A DNA stretch of 64,000 bases from an uncultured Prolixibacteraceae bacterium (GTDB taxonomy: Bacteria > Bacteroidota > Bacteroidia > Bacteroidales > Prolixibacteraceae): the NCBI GenBank assembly GCA_963769925.1, contig CAVYOB010000018.1, positions 19,290-83,289 of the forward strand. The letters are read 5' to 3'. The notes below the pieces were generated by a model. It saw nothing but the letters and a program-made list of their open reading frames with translations, was not told the origin of the DNA and searched no databases. A program made the position numbers and the translations under genes. Positions 50,027-59,786 of the stretch are shown piece by piece (the stretch's first letter is position 1; every line of letters starts with the position of its first letter).

Positions 50027-51076
50027 ATGAAGAATAAGATAATTTCATTAAACGAAAATCTGAATGGCTGGCTAATACCCGCGCTACTTTTACCGGTCTG
50101 GATTTTGCTTTATCTGAGCCTGCAAAAATCAGCCGATTTTATAATTGACGACCTGGCAGGAATGGCCTCAGGAACTCATTTAACCGAAACCCTGCGCTTT
50201 TTCATTTTCGAAGTACCAAAGGTGATGCTTTTACTGGTACTCATTGTCTTTGGTGTCGGCATTCTCCGAAGTTACTTTTCAGCCGAAAAAACCCGAAAGG
50301 CACTGGAAGGGAAATCATTATTTACAGGCAATATTCTGGCATCGATACTTGGAATAGTTACGCCATTTTGTTCTTGCTCAGCAATACCACTTTTTCTTGG
50401 TTTTGTTGAAGCCGGTGTTCCTATTGGTGTTACCTTCTCCTTTCTCATCGCAGCCCCAATGATTAACGAAGTTGCACTCGTTTTACTTATCGGACTCTTT
50501 GGATGGAAAGTTGCAGCAATTTATGTCGGGACAGGTTTGATCATAGCCATTTTATCAGGCTGGATCATCGGAAAACTGAAGCTGGAAAAATATGTTGCCA
50601 GTTGGGTTTTTGAGGTAAAAGCTAATAACCAGGATTTTGTTGAAGCAAAAAAGACTTTTCAAATGCGGATTCAGGCCGGTTACGATTCGGTAAAAGAAAT
50701 TGTCGGGAAAATCTGGATTTATGTGATTATTGGAATAGCCGTTGGCGCCGGTGCTCACGGTTATGTACCTGAAGATTTTCTTGGATCCTTACTTGGAAAA
50801 GGAAGCTGGTATGCTGTGCCGCTGGCCATTTTAATTGGTGTTCCGATGTATTCCAATGCTGCCGGCATTATTCCAATCGTTAGCGTTTTAATTGAAAAAG
50901 GCGTTTCACTTGGGACGGCACTGGCTTTTATGATGTCGGTGATAGCGCTTTCATTGCCCGAAATAATCATTCTGAAAAAGGTCCTGAAATGGCAATTGAT
51001 TGCTGTCTTTATAAGTATTGTTGCATTAGGCATTGTTTTAGTAGGATTTATTTTTAATTATTTGGTTTTTATTTAG
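50027..51076 (+). CDS. ArsP family (DUF318) permease
   Basis: TPFCSCSAIP, FLIAAPMINEV, GVPMYSNAAG, LSLPE. Confidence 0.88.
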   Translation: MKNKIISLNENLNGWLIPALLLPVWILLYLSLQKSADFIIDDLAGMASGTHLTETLRFFIFEVPKVMLLLVLIVFGVGILRSYFSAEKTRKALEGKSLFTGNILASILGIVTPFCSCSAIPLFLGFVEAGVPIGVTFSFLIAAPMINEVALVLLIGLFGWKVAAIYVGTGLIIAILSGWIIGKLKLEKYVASWVFEVKANNQDFVEAKKTFQMRIQAGYDSVKEIVGKIWIYVIIGIAVGAGAHGYVPEDFLGSLLGKGSWYAVPLAILIGVPMYSNAAGIIPIVSVLIEKGVSLGTALAFMMSVIALSLPEIIILKKVLKWQLIAVFISIVALGIVLVGFIFNYLVFI

Positions 51077-51235
51077 CGAATCTTATCGATGATAAATTTA
51101 ATTACAGCTTATTAAAAAGGGAACGGAATTAAAGTTGATGTTAAAATGAAGGCTCAAACGGTAGTGACAAAAAAATCTACCGTTTCTATGGATTAAATAT
51201 ATCGGATAAAACCAATAACTACTAATATCATAAAA

Positions 51236-52072
51236 ATGAATAGAAGAAAAGCAATGAAAGTGGGTGCAGGTGCTATTGTTGGGGGTGGAGCTGGTCTGCT
51301 TACACTTACAAATGCATTCAAACCAAAAATCAAGTTTGATAATGAGCCTCACGAACTGAACTATCAGCAGGAAGAAGGTTATTGGAAATATTTACAACTT
51401 GACCCTGAAACTACTGCCGAACTGGCTTATAAATTTTATCCTGAAGGGAGTTGTATGTGTGCAACAATAAAGAGTGTTGTATCTCAATTGGCTGAAAAAG
51501 TTGGTGAACCTTTTATCTCATTCCCTTTTCATATGTTTAAGTACGGTCATGGTGGAGTTGGGGGTTATGGTACGATATGTGGGACATTAAACGGGACAGC
51601 AGCACTTCTTGGTTTACTTATAACCGATAAAAGTGTACGGGATAAAATAATAGCGGATATCTTCAAATGGTACGAAAAAGAACCATTGCCGGCATTTAAC
51701 CCGCAAAACCCTGGTAATGATTATATACTAGCCAAAGGTATTTCAAATTCAGTTTTATGTCATGCATCGAATACAAACTGGAGTAAAACTGCTGAATTTA
51801 AGGTTGACAGCAACGAGCGTAAAGAAAGATGCCGGAGAATGACAGCTGATGTTGCAAAAAAAGTAGCCACATCACTCAACGAAATATTTACCAACACTTA
51901 CACTACCAATGTTTATAACGATGGAACGGCAAATACATGTTTAACATGCCATAGCAGTGAAGGTAAAGTAAACAATGTAGCTGTCAAAATGAGCTGTAAC
52001 CCGTACCATACAAAATCGGTTGGACATCGTGTCTTTGGTGATATACATTACAAACTGATGAAGGATAAATAA
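51236..52072 (+). CDS. Tat-exported C-GCAxxG-C-C family / split-Soret cytochrome c-like protein
   Basis: MNRRKAMK; GSC, YGHGGVGGYGTICGTLNG, SVLCH, ERC; C-terminal CLTCH and CNPYH. Confidence 0.78.
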   Translation: MNRRKAMKVGAGAIVGGGAGLLTLTNAFKPKIKFDNEPHELNYQQEEGYWKYLQLDPETTAELAYKFYPEGSCMCATIKSVVSQLAEKVGEPFISFPFHMFKYGHGGVGGYGTICGTLNGTAALLGLLITDKSVRDKIIADIFKWYEKEPLPAFNPQNPGNDYILAKGISNSVLCHASNTNWSKTAEFKVDSNERKERCRRMTADVAKKVATSLNEIFTNTYTTNVYNDGTANTCLTCHSSEGKVNNVAVKMSCNPYHTKSVGHRVFGDIHYKLMKDK

Positions 52073-52102
52073 TCGAATCTAATTTTTAAAATAAAAACTA
52101 TA

Positions 52103-52501
52103 ATGAAATCAAAAATCGCAATTCAAGTTTTAGTATTTCTATTTTTTACAACAACACTTTATTCTGCCAGTTTTGCACAAAATCCGGTAAAATCAGTTCA
52201 AAAGAACGAAAACATTAAATATAAAGTAACCTTTGTTGAACTGGGTTCTGTACGTTGCATCCCCTGCCAGAAAATGCAGCCGGTGATGAAATCTGTTGAA
52301 GAAAAATATGCCGGACAGGTAAAAGTGGTGTTTCACGATGTTTGGACACCCAAAGGGAAACCCTTTGCTACAAAGTACGGCATTAAAGCCATTCCTACCC
52401 AGGTTTTCCTCGACGAAAACGGAAAAGAATTTGCCCGCCACACCGGTTATTTCCCCGAAGAAGAACTGGTAAAAATATTGAAACAAAAGGGAGTAAAATG
52501 A
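52103..52501 (+). CDS. Exported thioredoxin family protein
   Basis: Signal peptide; FVELGSVRCIPC; IPTQVFLD..G.EFARHTG. Confidence 0.9.
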   Translation: MKSKIAIQVLVFLFFTTTLYSASFAQNPVKSVQKNENIKYKVTFVELGSVRCIPCQKMQPVMKSVEEKYAGQVKVVFHDVWTPKGKPFATKYGIKAIPTQVFLDENGKEFARHTGYFPEEELVKILKQKGVK

Positions 52502-52550
52502 ATGTCTTTCTTATTAAGTATGGAATACAAATTTTAAAAATCAAAAACTT

Positions 52551-52861
52551 ATGGCATGGTTAACAGAATATCCGAGAGACAAAGTCAACTGGTTTCCAAC
52601 CATTGACCTTAGTAAATGCGTAAAATGTGGCATATGTATGAACTGCGGGAAACAGGTTTACACCTGGACTAAAAAGGGACGGTTGTAGAAAACCCATTAG
52701 CATGTGTAGTCGGTTGTACTACTTGTGCCAATTTATGCAAAGGAGAAGCTATCAACTTCCCCGATAAAAACGAGCTGCGTGCTCTTTATGAAAAAGATTA
52801 TCTGTGGGCAAAAGTGATCAAACAGATGAAAAATGAAGGGAAATTAGAACCTAAGTATTAA
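52551..52861 (+). CDS. 4Fe-4S ferredoxin family protein; one frameshift near 52680; absent from the ORF track
   Basis: MAWLTEYPRDKVNWFPTIDLSKCVKCGICMNCGKQVY...KKG / VVENPLACVVGCTTCANLCKGEAINFP...EPKY*. Confidence 0.85.
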
Positions 52862-52882
52862 TCTTTTAAAAATATAAATATC

Positions 52883-53527
52883 ATGAGTACACAAAAATTT
52901 CAAGTACCGGAATGGGCATTCGAATTTCATGGACATGAATGCCCTTTTATGCCCATTGGTTACCGTATGGGTACGCTGGCTTTACAAAAATTAGGTGTGG
53001 AAAAATGCAAAGACCATGAGTTGCATGTTTTGTCCGAAATGGGTGTCGGCCATCCGCAGGGATGTATGCAGGACGGCATTATGGCATCAACCGGAGCCAC
53101 TTTCGGAAAAGGAATGATTGAAAAATTATACTATGGAAAAGTTGCTGCCACATTTTGGTATCCGGGCAAGAAAGGCGCTTACCGCATTTTTCTGAATAAC
53201 GAATTTCAGGATAAGTTAGCCCCACATGAATTTTTCAATTATCGCAGAAAAGGTATTGAACCATCAATGATACCCATTGAAGTAAGACAAGATATTATAA
53301 ATATAGTTTTGAATGCTGCCGACGACGAAATGTTCTCGGTTACATATATGGCTGATTTTGAGTATAAACCCGTGAAAGGTTCGTTTACCAAGGCTAAATG
53401 CGAAAGCTGTGGTGAATATGTCTTTGAACGTTATGTCCGCGTAAAAGACGGTAAACGGGTTTGTATCCCTTGTGCAGGGCACGAACCGGCCGAAAAAGTA
53501 TTTTATTATCCTACATTCAACAAATAA
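52883..53527 (+). CDS. FmdE family protein with C-terminal C4 zinc finger
   Basis: FHGHECP, GCMQDG, TGATFGKG, CESCGE...CIPC. Confidence 0.88.
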   Translation: MSTQKFQVPEWAFEFHGHECPFMPIGYRMGTLALQKLGVEKCKDHELHVLSEMGVGHPQGCMQDGIMASTGATFGKGMIEKLYYGKVAATFWYPGKKGAYRIFLNNEFQDKLAPHEFFNYRRKGIEPSMIPIEVRQDIINIVLNAADDEMFSVTYMADFEYKPVKGSFTKAKCESCGEYVFERYVRVKDGKRVCIPCAGHEPAEKVFYYPTFNK

Positions 53528-53552
53528 TTTTCACCTTAAAAAAACAAAAATC

Positions 53553-54326
53553 ATGAAATTTAAATCAATTGGTTTTATTGGCGGAGGAAGAATTACCCGG
53601 ATATTTCTGCAGGGTTTCTCCAGCAAAAATGCATTGCCCAAAACTATAAAAGTATTTGAACGCACTGATGAAACATTTGAGGCATTGAAAGTTGCATTTC
53701 CTACGATTAGCAAAGCTGCTTCAGTTTCAGAAGCTGCAGATGTGGATTTGGTTTTTGTAGCGGTTCATCCACCTGTGGTAATGGAAATTCTGCAAGGCAT
53801 TAAAGAAACTGTCTCTGAGTCAACCGTAGTTATTTCTCTTGCTCCAAAAATTACGCTCGAAAAAATGGCATCGGTTCTCTCAACGAAAAAACTGGTTCGG
53901 ATGATTCCCAATGCTACATCGCTGATTAATGAAGGATATAACCCGGTAAGTTTTACCTCTGATTTCGATAAAAAAGAGAAAAAAAAGATCATTAAATTCC
54001 TAAAGAAACTGGGAAAAACCTTTGAAACAGAAGAACCGAAACTGGAAAGTTACGCTATTGTTTCAGCCATGTTACCCACCTATTTCTGGTTTCAATGGCA
54101 GGAAGTGGAAAGAGTTGCAACAGAAATCGGACTGACTCCCGATGAAGCTCAAAAAGCAGTTTCTTCTACATTGAAGAGATCATGGAAGTTGTACTACAAA
54201 TCGGGATTAACTCCTGTTGAAGTAATGGATTTGATTCCTGTAAAACCCATCGGCGAAAATGAACCCGAAATTAAAACGATTCTGAATTCCAAACTAATTG
54301 GATTGTTCGGAAAAATTAAACCATAA
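53553..54326 (+). CDS. Pyrroline-5-carboxylate reductase-like NAD(P)-binding protein
   Basis: IGFIGGGRI, VISLAPKI, VRMIPN; divergent C-terminus (SAMLPTYFWFQ, DLIPVKP). Confidence 0.75.
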   Translation: MKFKSIGFIGGGRITRIFLQGFSSKNALPKTIKVFERTDETFEALKVAFPTISKAASVSEAADVDLVFVAVHPPVVMEILQGIKETVSESTVVISLAPKITLEKMASVLSTKKLVRMIPNATSLINEGYNPVSFTSDFDKKEKKKIIKFLKKLGKTFETEEPKLESYAIVSAMLPTYFWFQWQEVERVATEIGLTPDEAQKAVSSTLKRSWKLYYKSGLTPVEVMDLIPVKPIGENEPEIKTILNSKLIGLFGKIKP

Positions 54327-54329
54327 TTT

Positions 54330-54792
54330 ATGCTAAGAAAAATTGTTCCCTGGATGGTAGTTGGTATGCTGACGGCTATTTTTATTGTTGTCTTTGCATT
54401 GAAAGACACCATGAACAGTACCGTCTCGGAAATGATGAAACAAACAGACTTCTCCTGAAATCAGTGCTTTAGGAGAAGCTTTGGTTGATTCATTGTACAA
54501 TTATTCTTCAAACAGTTTAACCTACGATATTACTTTTCTCGAATTTGGCGCCAAAGGTTGTTCGGCCTGCAAACGCATGGAAGGAGTAATGGATGAAATA
54601 AACCATAAATACCTTAAAAAAGTAAACGTGGTTTTCCTGAATGTGGTAAAACCTGAAAGTCAAACACTGATGAAACTTTATGGCATTGCAACCATTCCAT
54701 CACAAGTATTGCTGAACAAAAACGGAAATGAATTTTTCAGGTATACCGGATTTATTTCGTTTAAAGAACTGGAATCAAAATTTGAATTCTGA
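54330..54792 (+). CDS. Membrane-anchored thioredoxin; frameshift near 54445
   Basis: MLRKIVPWMVVGMLTAIFIVVFAL.. from 54330, then in a shifted frame TFLEFGAKGCSACKRM, IPSQVLL. Confidence 0.8.
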
Positions 54793-54799
54793 GTTAATA

Positions 54800-56782
54800 T
54801 CAAACAGATTTATTTGCAAACAACTTACGGGCAGCGTCAATTTGCTTATGATCTCCAATAACATAAGCAATATCATTACTAAATAAAACAGTATTCGGTG
54901 TAGGATTTTCAATTACTTCTCCTTCGCGTTTGATTATTAATAATGTAATACCGGTTTCTTTTCTGAGATTTAATTCCCCAATCGTTTTCATATGAACCAG
55001 AGAACCAGGCTCTACTTTGATTACGGATATATTAGTATTTGCCAGTTCATCAAAAATAGATAGTTTGTTCACCGTATCTTTGTTCATGTAAATGCCTAAA
55101 TGTTCTTTTCTTAAATGAGTAAGCATTCGGTTTATTTCTGAGTTGGGTATAAGTTTTCCTGTTAATATTCTGTTAAACAAATCCAATGCTATTTCCAGTT
55201 TTTCGGGGAGTACTTCATCGGCTCCCAATTTATATAATTCACTAACATTTTGAATGCTGTGTACTCTTGAAATTATACGGGCGTTGCTGTTTATTTTTCG
55301 TGCCTTTTCAATTATTGCCATTGATGGAATTAAATCGCCTACTGAAACAACAATCGATTCAGCTTTATCGGCGTAAGCCTTTAATAAAATTGGCTCATTA
55401 ATAGCATCACCATACAAAACATTATCACCTTTATCCATTTTGTCTCTGGCTATCAAAGGATCAAAAACAATAGAAACATGTGGTAAATTATACGTTTTTG
55501 CCATCATCGAAAGCTTTATGGCACTTGCATCTTTTCCAATAATAACCAGATGGTTTTCCATTACTGGTATCAGCACTTCTTTAAGCGGAAACAGGCCTTC
55601 AACAAGATATTTTGGAAGCGATAGTTTTAATATAGCATTTGCCAAAGGCAACGAAAGTTTCATTAAAAAGGGAGTTAAGGCCATTGTTATAACTGCCACA
55701 GCAAGAAATAACTGATAAATGTAGTCGGTAATTATATTCAGTCCGTAACCGATTTTTGCAAGAATAAAGGAAAATTCTCCTACCTGGCATAAAGCTATCC
55801 CAACTAATACCGTCCCTTTAAACGTATGCCCTATCAAAAAACCTGTACCTCCGGCAACCAGTGTTTTTATTACAAGTACCATAAATACACTTAATAGTAC
55901 TATCGCCGGATTGGCAATAACAAAAGACATATCCAGCAACATACCAATAGAAACAAAGAAAAAACTGGTAAATGTATCTTTAAATGGCAGTAAATTAGCA
56001 AATGCATTGTGGCTGTATTCCGATTCGGAAATCATTAGTCCAGCCAGAAAAGCGCCAAATGCTATCGACATACCCAATTCCCATGTGAGCAATGCCACCG
56101 AAAAACAAATCAAAAAAATACTCATCATAAACAATTCCTGATTTTTTGTAAGGGCAATTAAATGCAACAACCTGGGTAAAATCCATTTATTTCCGGCATA
56201 AACAAGGATGATAATAAACAAAGCCTTTACCGACAGTAAAACCAATTCGCGGGATACGTCGATATTATTATCCGATAAAATGTTGGAAAACAATAACAAT
56301 GGTACCAATAACAAATCCTGAAAAATGAGGATTCCCAAGACTGTTCTCCCGTAGTTAGAGGAAAGTTCAGAACGCTCCTGTAGCAATTTTAGAACAAGGG
56401 CCGAACTGCTCAATGCAGCCAAAAAACCAATAAACAAACCAGCCTGCCAGTTAAGAGAGAATGTAATTGAAACCAAATAGAAAATTCCTGCAGTTATAGA
56501 AACCTGTAAAACACCACCCAGAAAAACAATTCTTCTAATTCGCATAAGGTGTTTCATAGAAAATTCCATCCCTATGGTAAACAAAAGCAAAGCAACACCA
56601 ATTTCAGCCAAAACTTCAATTTCATGCTCACCACTAACCAATGAAAAGAGATGAGGCCCTGCAAAAATACCCGTTAAAAGATATCCAATAACGGTTGGTA
56701 TTCGTAACCTCGTAAAAACTAAATTTACTAATGTCGATAAAGAAAATATGATAACAATGTCAGTGAGTATTGATAATTCCAT
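54800..56782 (-). CDS. CPA2/Kef-type cation:proton antiporter with TrkA-N and TrkA-C domains
   Basis: LAEIGVALLLFTIGMEFS, GILIFQD, GAFLAG, FFVSIGM, QVGEFSF, YGDA. Confidence 0.92.
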   Translation of the reverse strand: MELSILTDIVIIFSLSTLVNLVFTRLRIPTVIGYLLTGIFAGPHLFSLVSGEHEIEVLAEIGVALLLFTIGMEFSMKHLMRIRRIVFLGGVLQVSITAGIFYLVSITFSLNWQAGLFIGFLAALSSSALVLKLLQERSELSSNYGRTVLGILIFQDLLLVPLLLFSNILSDNNIDVSRELVLLSVKALFIIILVYAGNKWILPRLLHLIALTKNQELFMMSIFLICFSVALLTWELGMSIAFGAFLAGLMISESEYSHNAFANLLPFKDTFTSFFFVSIGMLLDMSFVIANPAIVLLSVFMVLVIKTLVAGGTGFLIGHTFKGTVLVGIALCQVGEFSFILAKIGYGLNIITDYIYQLFLAVAVITMALTPFLMKLSLPLANAILKLSLPKYLVEGLFPLKEVLIPVMENHLVIIGKDASAIKLSMMAKTYNLPHVSIVFDPLIARDKMDKGDNVLYGDAINEPILLKAYADKAESIVVSVGDLIPSMAIIEKARKINSNARIISRVHSIQNVSELYKLGADEVLPEKLEIALDLFNRILTGKLIPNSEINRMLTHLRKEHLGIYMNKDTVNKLSIFDELANTNISVIKVEPGSLVHMKTIGELNLRKETGITLLIIKREGEVIENPTPNTVLFSNDIAYVIGDHKQIDAARKLFANKSV

Positions 56783-56806
56783 GAATGGTAGATGATTATA
56801 TACAAT

Positions 56807-57334
56807 CTATTCTTTTATTTTCTTCTCCACAATTTTAGCGTTAGTTTGGAAAGAAAAGCCATTGTAAGCGTTTACCATAATTGCTTGGATTAATATTTGG
56901 TCAGAATATTTTGTAGCTGCCCATTCGATAATAAAATTGGCGCCTGCACCTCCCAATTTTTCTTTCTCTTCAACAACAAATTCAATTGACTCCAGTGGAG
57001 AAAGTAAAATCATGGAATCTATATAAGAATGTAATAGCTTTCCATAGGAATCGTAGTATAAAGTTGACTGAATATAAGCCGAATCAATCAATGATGTATT
57101 TCTAATACTTATTGTAATTGTTATCGGGTATCTTTTTGTTCCATCCTGTTGGTAGATATCTGAATAAACCGGAAGATAATCAGTTTCAGAATAATTCATT
57201 TTGGCCTTATCAATATTTGCATAGGAGTATATATGACTTGGGTAAATTCTCTTTTTTTCTGTCTCATTTCTTTTGTCGTTATTAATACAACCAGCAAAGA
57301 CAAAAAGCAACAATGTAATTAGTGTGTATTTCAT
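56807..57334 (-). CDS. DUF3124-like lipoprotein
   Basis: Lipobox FAGC; YLPVYSDIY, TISIRNT, YYDSYG, GGAGANFIIEW. Confidence 0.85.
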   Translation of the reverse strand: MKYTLITLLLFVFAGCINNDKRNETEKKRIYPSHIYSYANIDKAKMNYSETDYLPVYSDIYQQDGTKRYPITITISIRNTSLIDSAYIQSTLYYDSYGKLLHSYIDSMILLSPLESIEFVVEEKEKLGGAGANFIIEWAATKYSDQILIQAIMVNAYNGFSFQTNAKIVEKKIKE

Positions 57335-57440
57335 GGTTTAATCTTTTTATACAATTTAATATAAATTACCGAACCATTCATTTAACAACATTTTTATTAT
57401 CTCTTGAATTCGAATAATCAAATGACATATAGCCTATTTA

Positions 57441-57793
57441 ATGTACATGAAAAAAACTCATAAAATCATTATCATATTCAAATTTAAGCAAATCCCTGAA
57501 ATAATTTTTATCGAATTTGGTTCAAAAGATTGTTCAGCTTGCAAACGTTTGTAAGGCATGAAGATGAAATTCAACAGACACATCGAGATAAAGTAAAAAT
57601 AGTTTTATTCAATATTTTTTTGTCTGAGAACCAGCATTTAATAAAAATTTTTGGCATTGCAGCAATTCCGACACAAGTGTTATTAAAGATGAAAGGAAAA
57701 GAGTATTTCAGGCACACAGGCTTCTATTCTACCGAAGAACTATCTCAAAATTATTCCAATCTAAAAATTAATGGATTAAAAATTTGTATTTAA
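57441..57793 (+). pseudogene. Decayed thioredoxin paralogous to 54330-54792
   Basis: IFIEFGSKDCSACKRL* then, in another frame, DEIQQ..KV..FGIAAIPTQVLL..GKEYFRHTGF. Confidence 0.8.
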
Positions 57794-57829
57794 GATAAAA
57801 TCATTTATATTTGTAAGCGAATACTTACA
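57783..57829 (+). promoter_or_regulatory. Promoter overlapped by a putative TetR operator
   Basis: TTTG (57783), 19-nt spacer, TATATTTG (57806-57813); palindrome TGTAAGcgaataCTTACA at 57812-57829. Confidence 0.75.
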
Positions 57830-57832
57830 TAC

Positions 57833-58423
57833 ATGGAAAAACAAAGTACAGAGATAAGACAGGAGCAAATTAAGCAGGCAGTACTCGAAATTATTTATAC
57901 TGACGGGCTAAAAAATCTATCGACGCGGAATCTGGCCAAAAGGATTGGGTTGAGTGAGGCAACCATTTTCAGGCACTTTGCAACGAAACAGGATATCACT
58001 CTTGCAATTATAAAAGACGTTCAGAATGACTTTATTGGATCATTACGTAGTATTGCAAACTCAGACATTGAACCACAAGAACGTTTAAATAAGTTTTTAT
58101 GCCAAACGGTTAGATACCTCACTCAAAATAAGGGAATTACAATGCTAATGTTCTCTGAAGTATCTCATAATAATGATACAGATTTAAAGAATAATCTTTT
58201 GCAAATATTCAACAATCAAAAGAAACTTGTCAGTAAAATTATACTGGACGGCATTGCTATAGGTCTTTGGGATGAAAGTATTCCGGTTGAAAATGTGGCC
58301 ATGTTGTATATGGGCATTCCCGTATCGTTAAACATTGAGTTAGTCTTGAGTGGTGGGGAATTTCACATCGATAATTTTTGCCAACGGATGATGCAATTAT
58401 TACTAAAAATATTGAATAAGTAA
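57833..58423 (+). CDS. TetR/AcrR family regulator
   Basis: GLKNLSTRNLAKRIGLSEATIFRHFATKQDI. Confidence 0.93.
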   Translation: MEKQSTEIRQEQIKQAVLEIIYTDGLKNLSTRNLAKRIGLSEATIFRHFATKQDITLAIIKDVQNDFIGSLRSIANSDIEPQERLNKFLCQTVRYLTQNKGITMLMFSEVSHNNDTDLKNNLLQIFNNQKKLVSKIILDGIAIGLWDESIPVENVAMLYMGIPVSLNIELVLSGGEFHIDNFCQRMMQLLLKILNK

Positions 58424-58438
58424 TTTTTTTATAATTGA

Positions 58439-58456
58439 TGTAAGTAAATACTCACT
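58439..58456 (+). promoter_or_regulatory. Second putative TetR operator
   Basis: TGTAAGTAAATACTCACT resembles 57812-57829. Confidence 0.6.
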
Positions 58457-58478
58457 TCTAATAATTATATATATAAAT

Positions 58479-59774
58479 ATGAAATTTAAAATTAGAATTT
58501 TACTACTATTTTTTGGACTTATCAATGCACATGGTTATGCGCAGGAAGTTCAAAATATTGGTGTCCTGTTCGATTCATTGAAGGTTAGTCCGGCAAATCG
58601 GGTCCTTCAGTTTGATGCCGATAAAGCCTTGCAATACAAAAAGATTGCAACAGGAAATCTGTATCCGGTAATCTTTGCTTTTGGGAAGTACGATTACTCA
58701 GATTCGCCCAATGGCATGATGCCCGTTCCGCCTAACGAATTGATAAAGATGGTACAAAACCCTTCCGTGGCACAACCATTTAGCGAAAACATTTTAAGAG
58801 GAGGTGTTAACCTGTCCATGCCGCTGTTTGTAAAGTCGATTTATACCATGGCTGCAAAAGCACAAAAAATGTTTGAGGCAGCGACACTCAGAGCCGAAAT
58901 TGAGTTGCAAAAAAATGAGGCGATTATCGTTGGCGCTAATGCGAATTTCGTGTATATGCAAAACCTCGAAAAAGCCATCCAAAGTAAAAGAAAGTCACTT
59001 GAAAAGATGAAAGAGCTGGTTCAGATAAAGGTAAACAATGGGCGCGCTCCGGAATCGGCGTTACTTTTCCTAAATGCAAATATCAATGATATTGAACTGA
59101 ATTTAGCTCAGCTTCAAATGAACAAAGAAAAAGTGCGTGCCACTATTTATGCTTTAACAAATGTACAATTAAATAGCGCTGTCAATCTAACGCAAAATGC
59201 CGAATTTAAAAACGGCGATTTTGTAGTGCTGAAGCCCATAGCGAAAATGATTGACGCAGAACGGTTGAACTCAAGGGCCGAGAAGGAAAAGCTTTACCCA
59301 GCCTTAGTTGCCCAGGCAAACTACGTGTACAATCACGGGAAATCATATAATAATAATGAAACGGTGAACAACGATTTCACCACAGCCGGGCTAACCCTGA
59401 AGATTCCACTCTTTGAAAAATCTCAGTATTCAAAAATTAAACTAAGCAATATAGAAGTTAAAGAGCAGGAAAACGAACTCGATAAAACACGCCTTGAAAT
59501 AACGGCCGAGGCTAACCAGCTTGAAAACAGTCTCGCTATCATCAACAACGCTGTTGAGTTGAATAAAAGCAGCATTCAATCGAAACAGGAATTACTCAAC
59601 ATTGCCAAAGAATCGTATCTGAAAGACAGGATGACCATTGAAGATTACCTGAAATACGAAGACGATTTGCTTTTTGAAAAAGCAAAACTCTATCAGACCC
59701 AAGCCGAAAAATGGCAGACATTGATGAAACTGGCTGTAATTTATGGAAACAACATTGAAAATCTGGTAAAATAA
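58479..59774 (+). CDS. TolC family outer membrane efflux protein
   Basis: Signal peptide; two repeats (LYP...LSMPLF and LYP...LKIPLF); precedes the adaptor and RND genes. Confidence 0.88.
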   Translation: MKFKIRILLLFFGLINAHGYAQEVQNIGVLFDSLKVSPANRVLQFDADKALQYKKIATGNLYPVIFAFGKYDYSDSPNGMMPVPPNELIKMVQNPSVAQPFSENILRGGVNLSMPLFVKSIYTMAAKAQKMFEAATLRAEIELQKNEAIIVGANANFVYMQNLEKAIQSKRKSLEKMKELVQIKVNNGRAPESALLFLNANINDIELNLAQLQMNKEKVRATIYALTNVQLNSAVNLTQNAEFKNGDFVVLKPIAKMIDAERLNSRAEKEKLYPALVAQANYVYNHGKSYNNNETVNNDFTTAGLTLKIPLFEKSQYSKIKLSNIEVKEQENELDKTRLEITAEANQLENSLAIINNAVELNKSSIQSKQELLNIAKESYLKDRMTIEDYLKYEDDLLFEKAKLYQTQAEKWQTLMKLAVIYGNNIENLVK

Positions 59775-59786
59775 AATCAAAATAAA

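Noticed and set aside
54430-54480. In-frame TGA in the thioredoxin 5' part as possible selenocysteine
   Set aside because: The downstream domain is in a different frame, so this is an indel; the CSAC motif uses ordinary Cys codons
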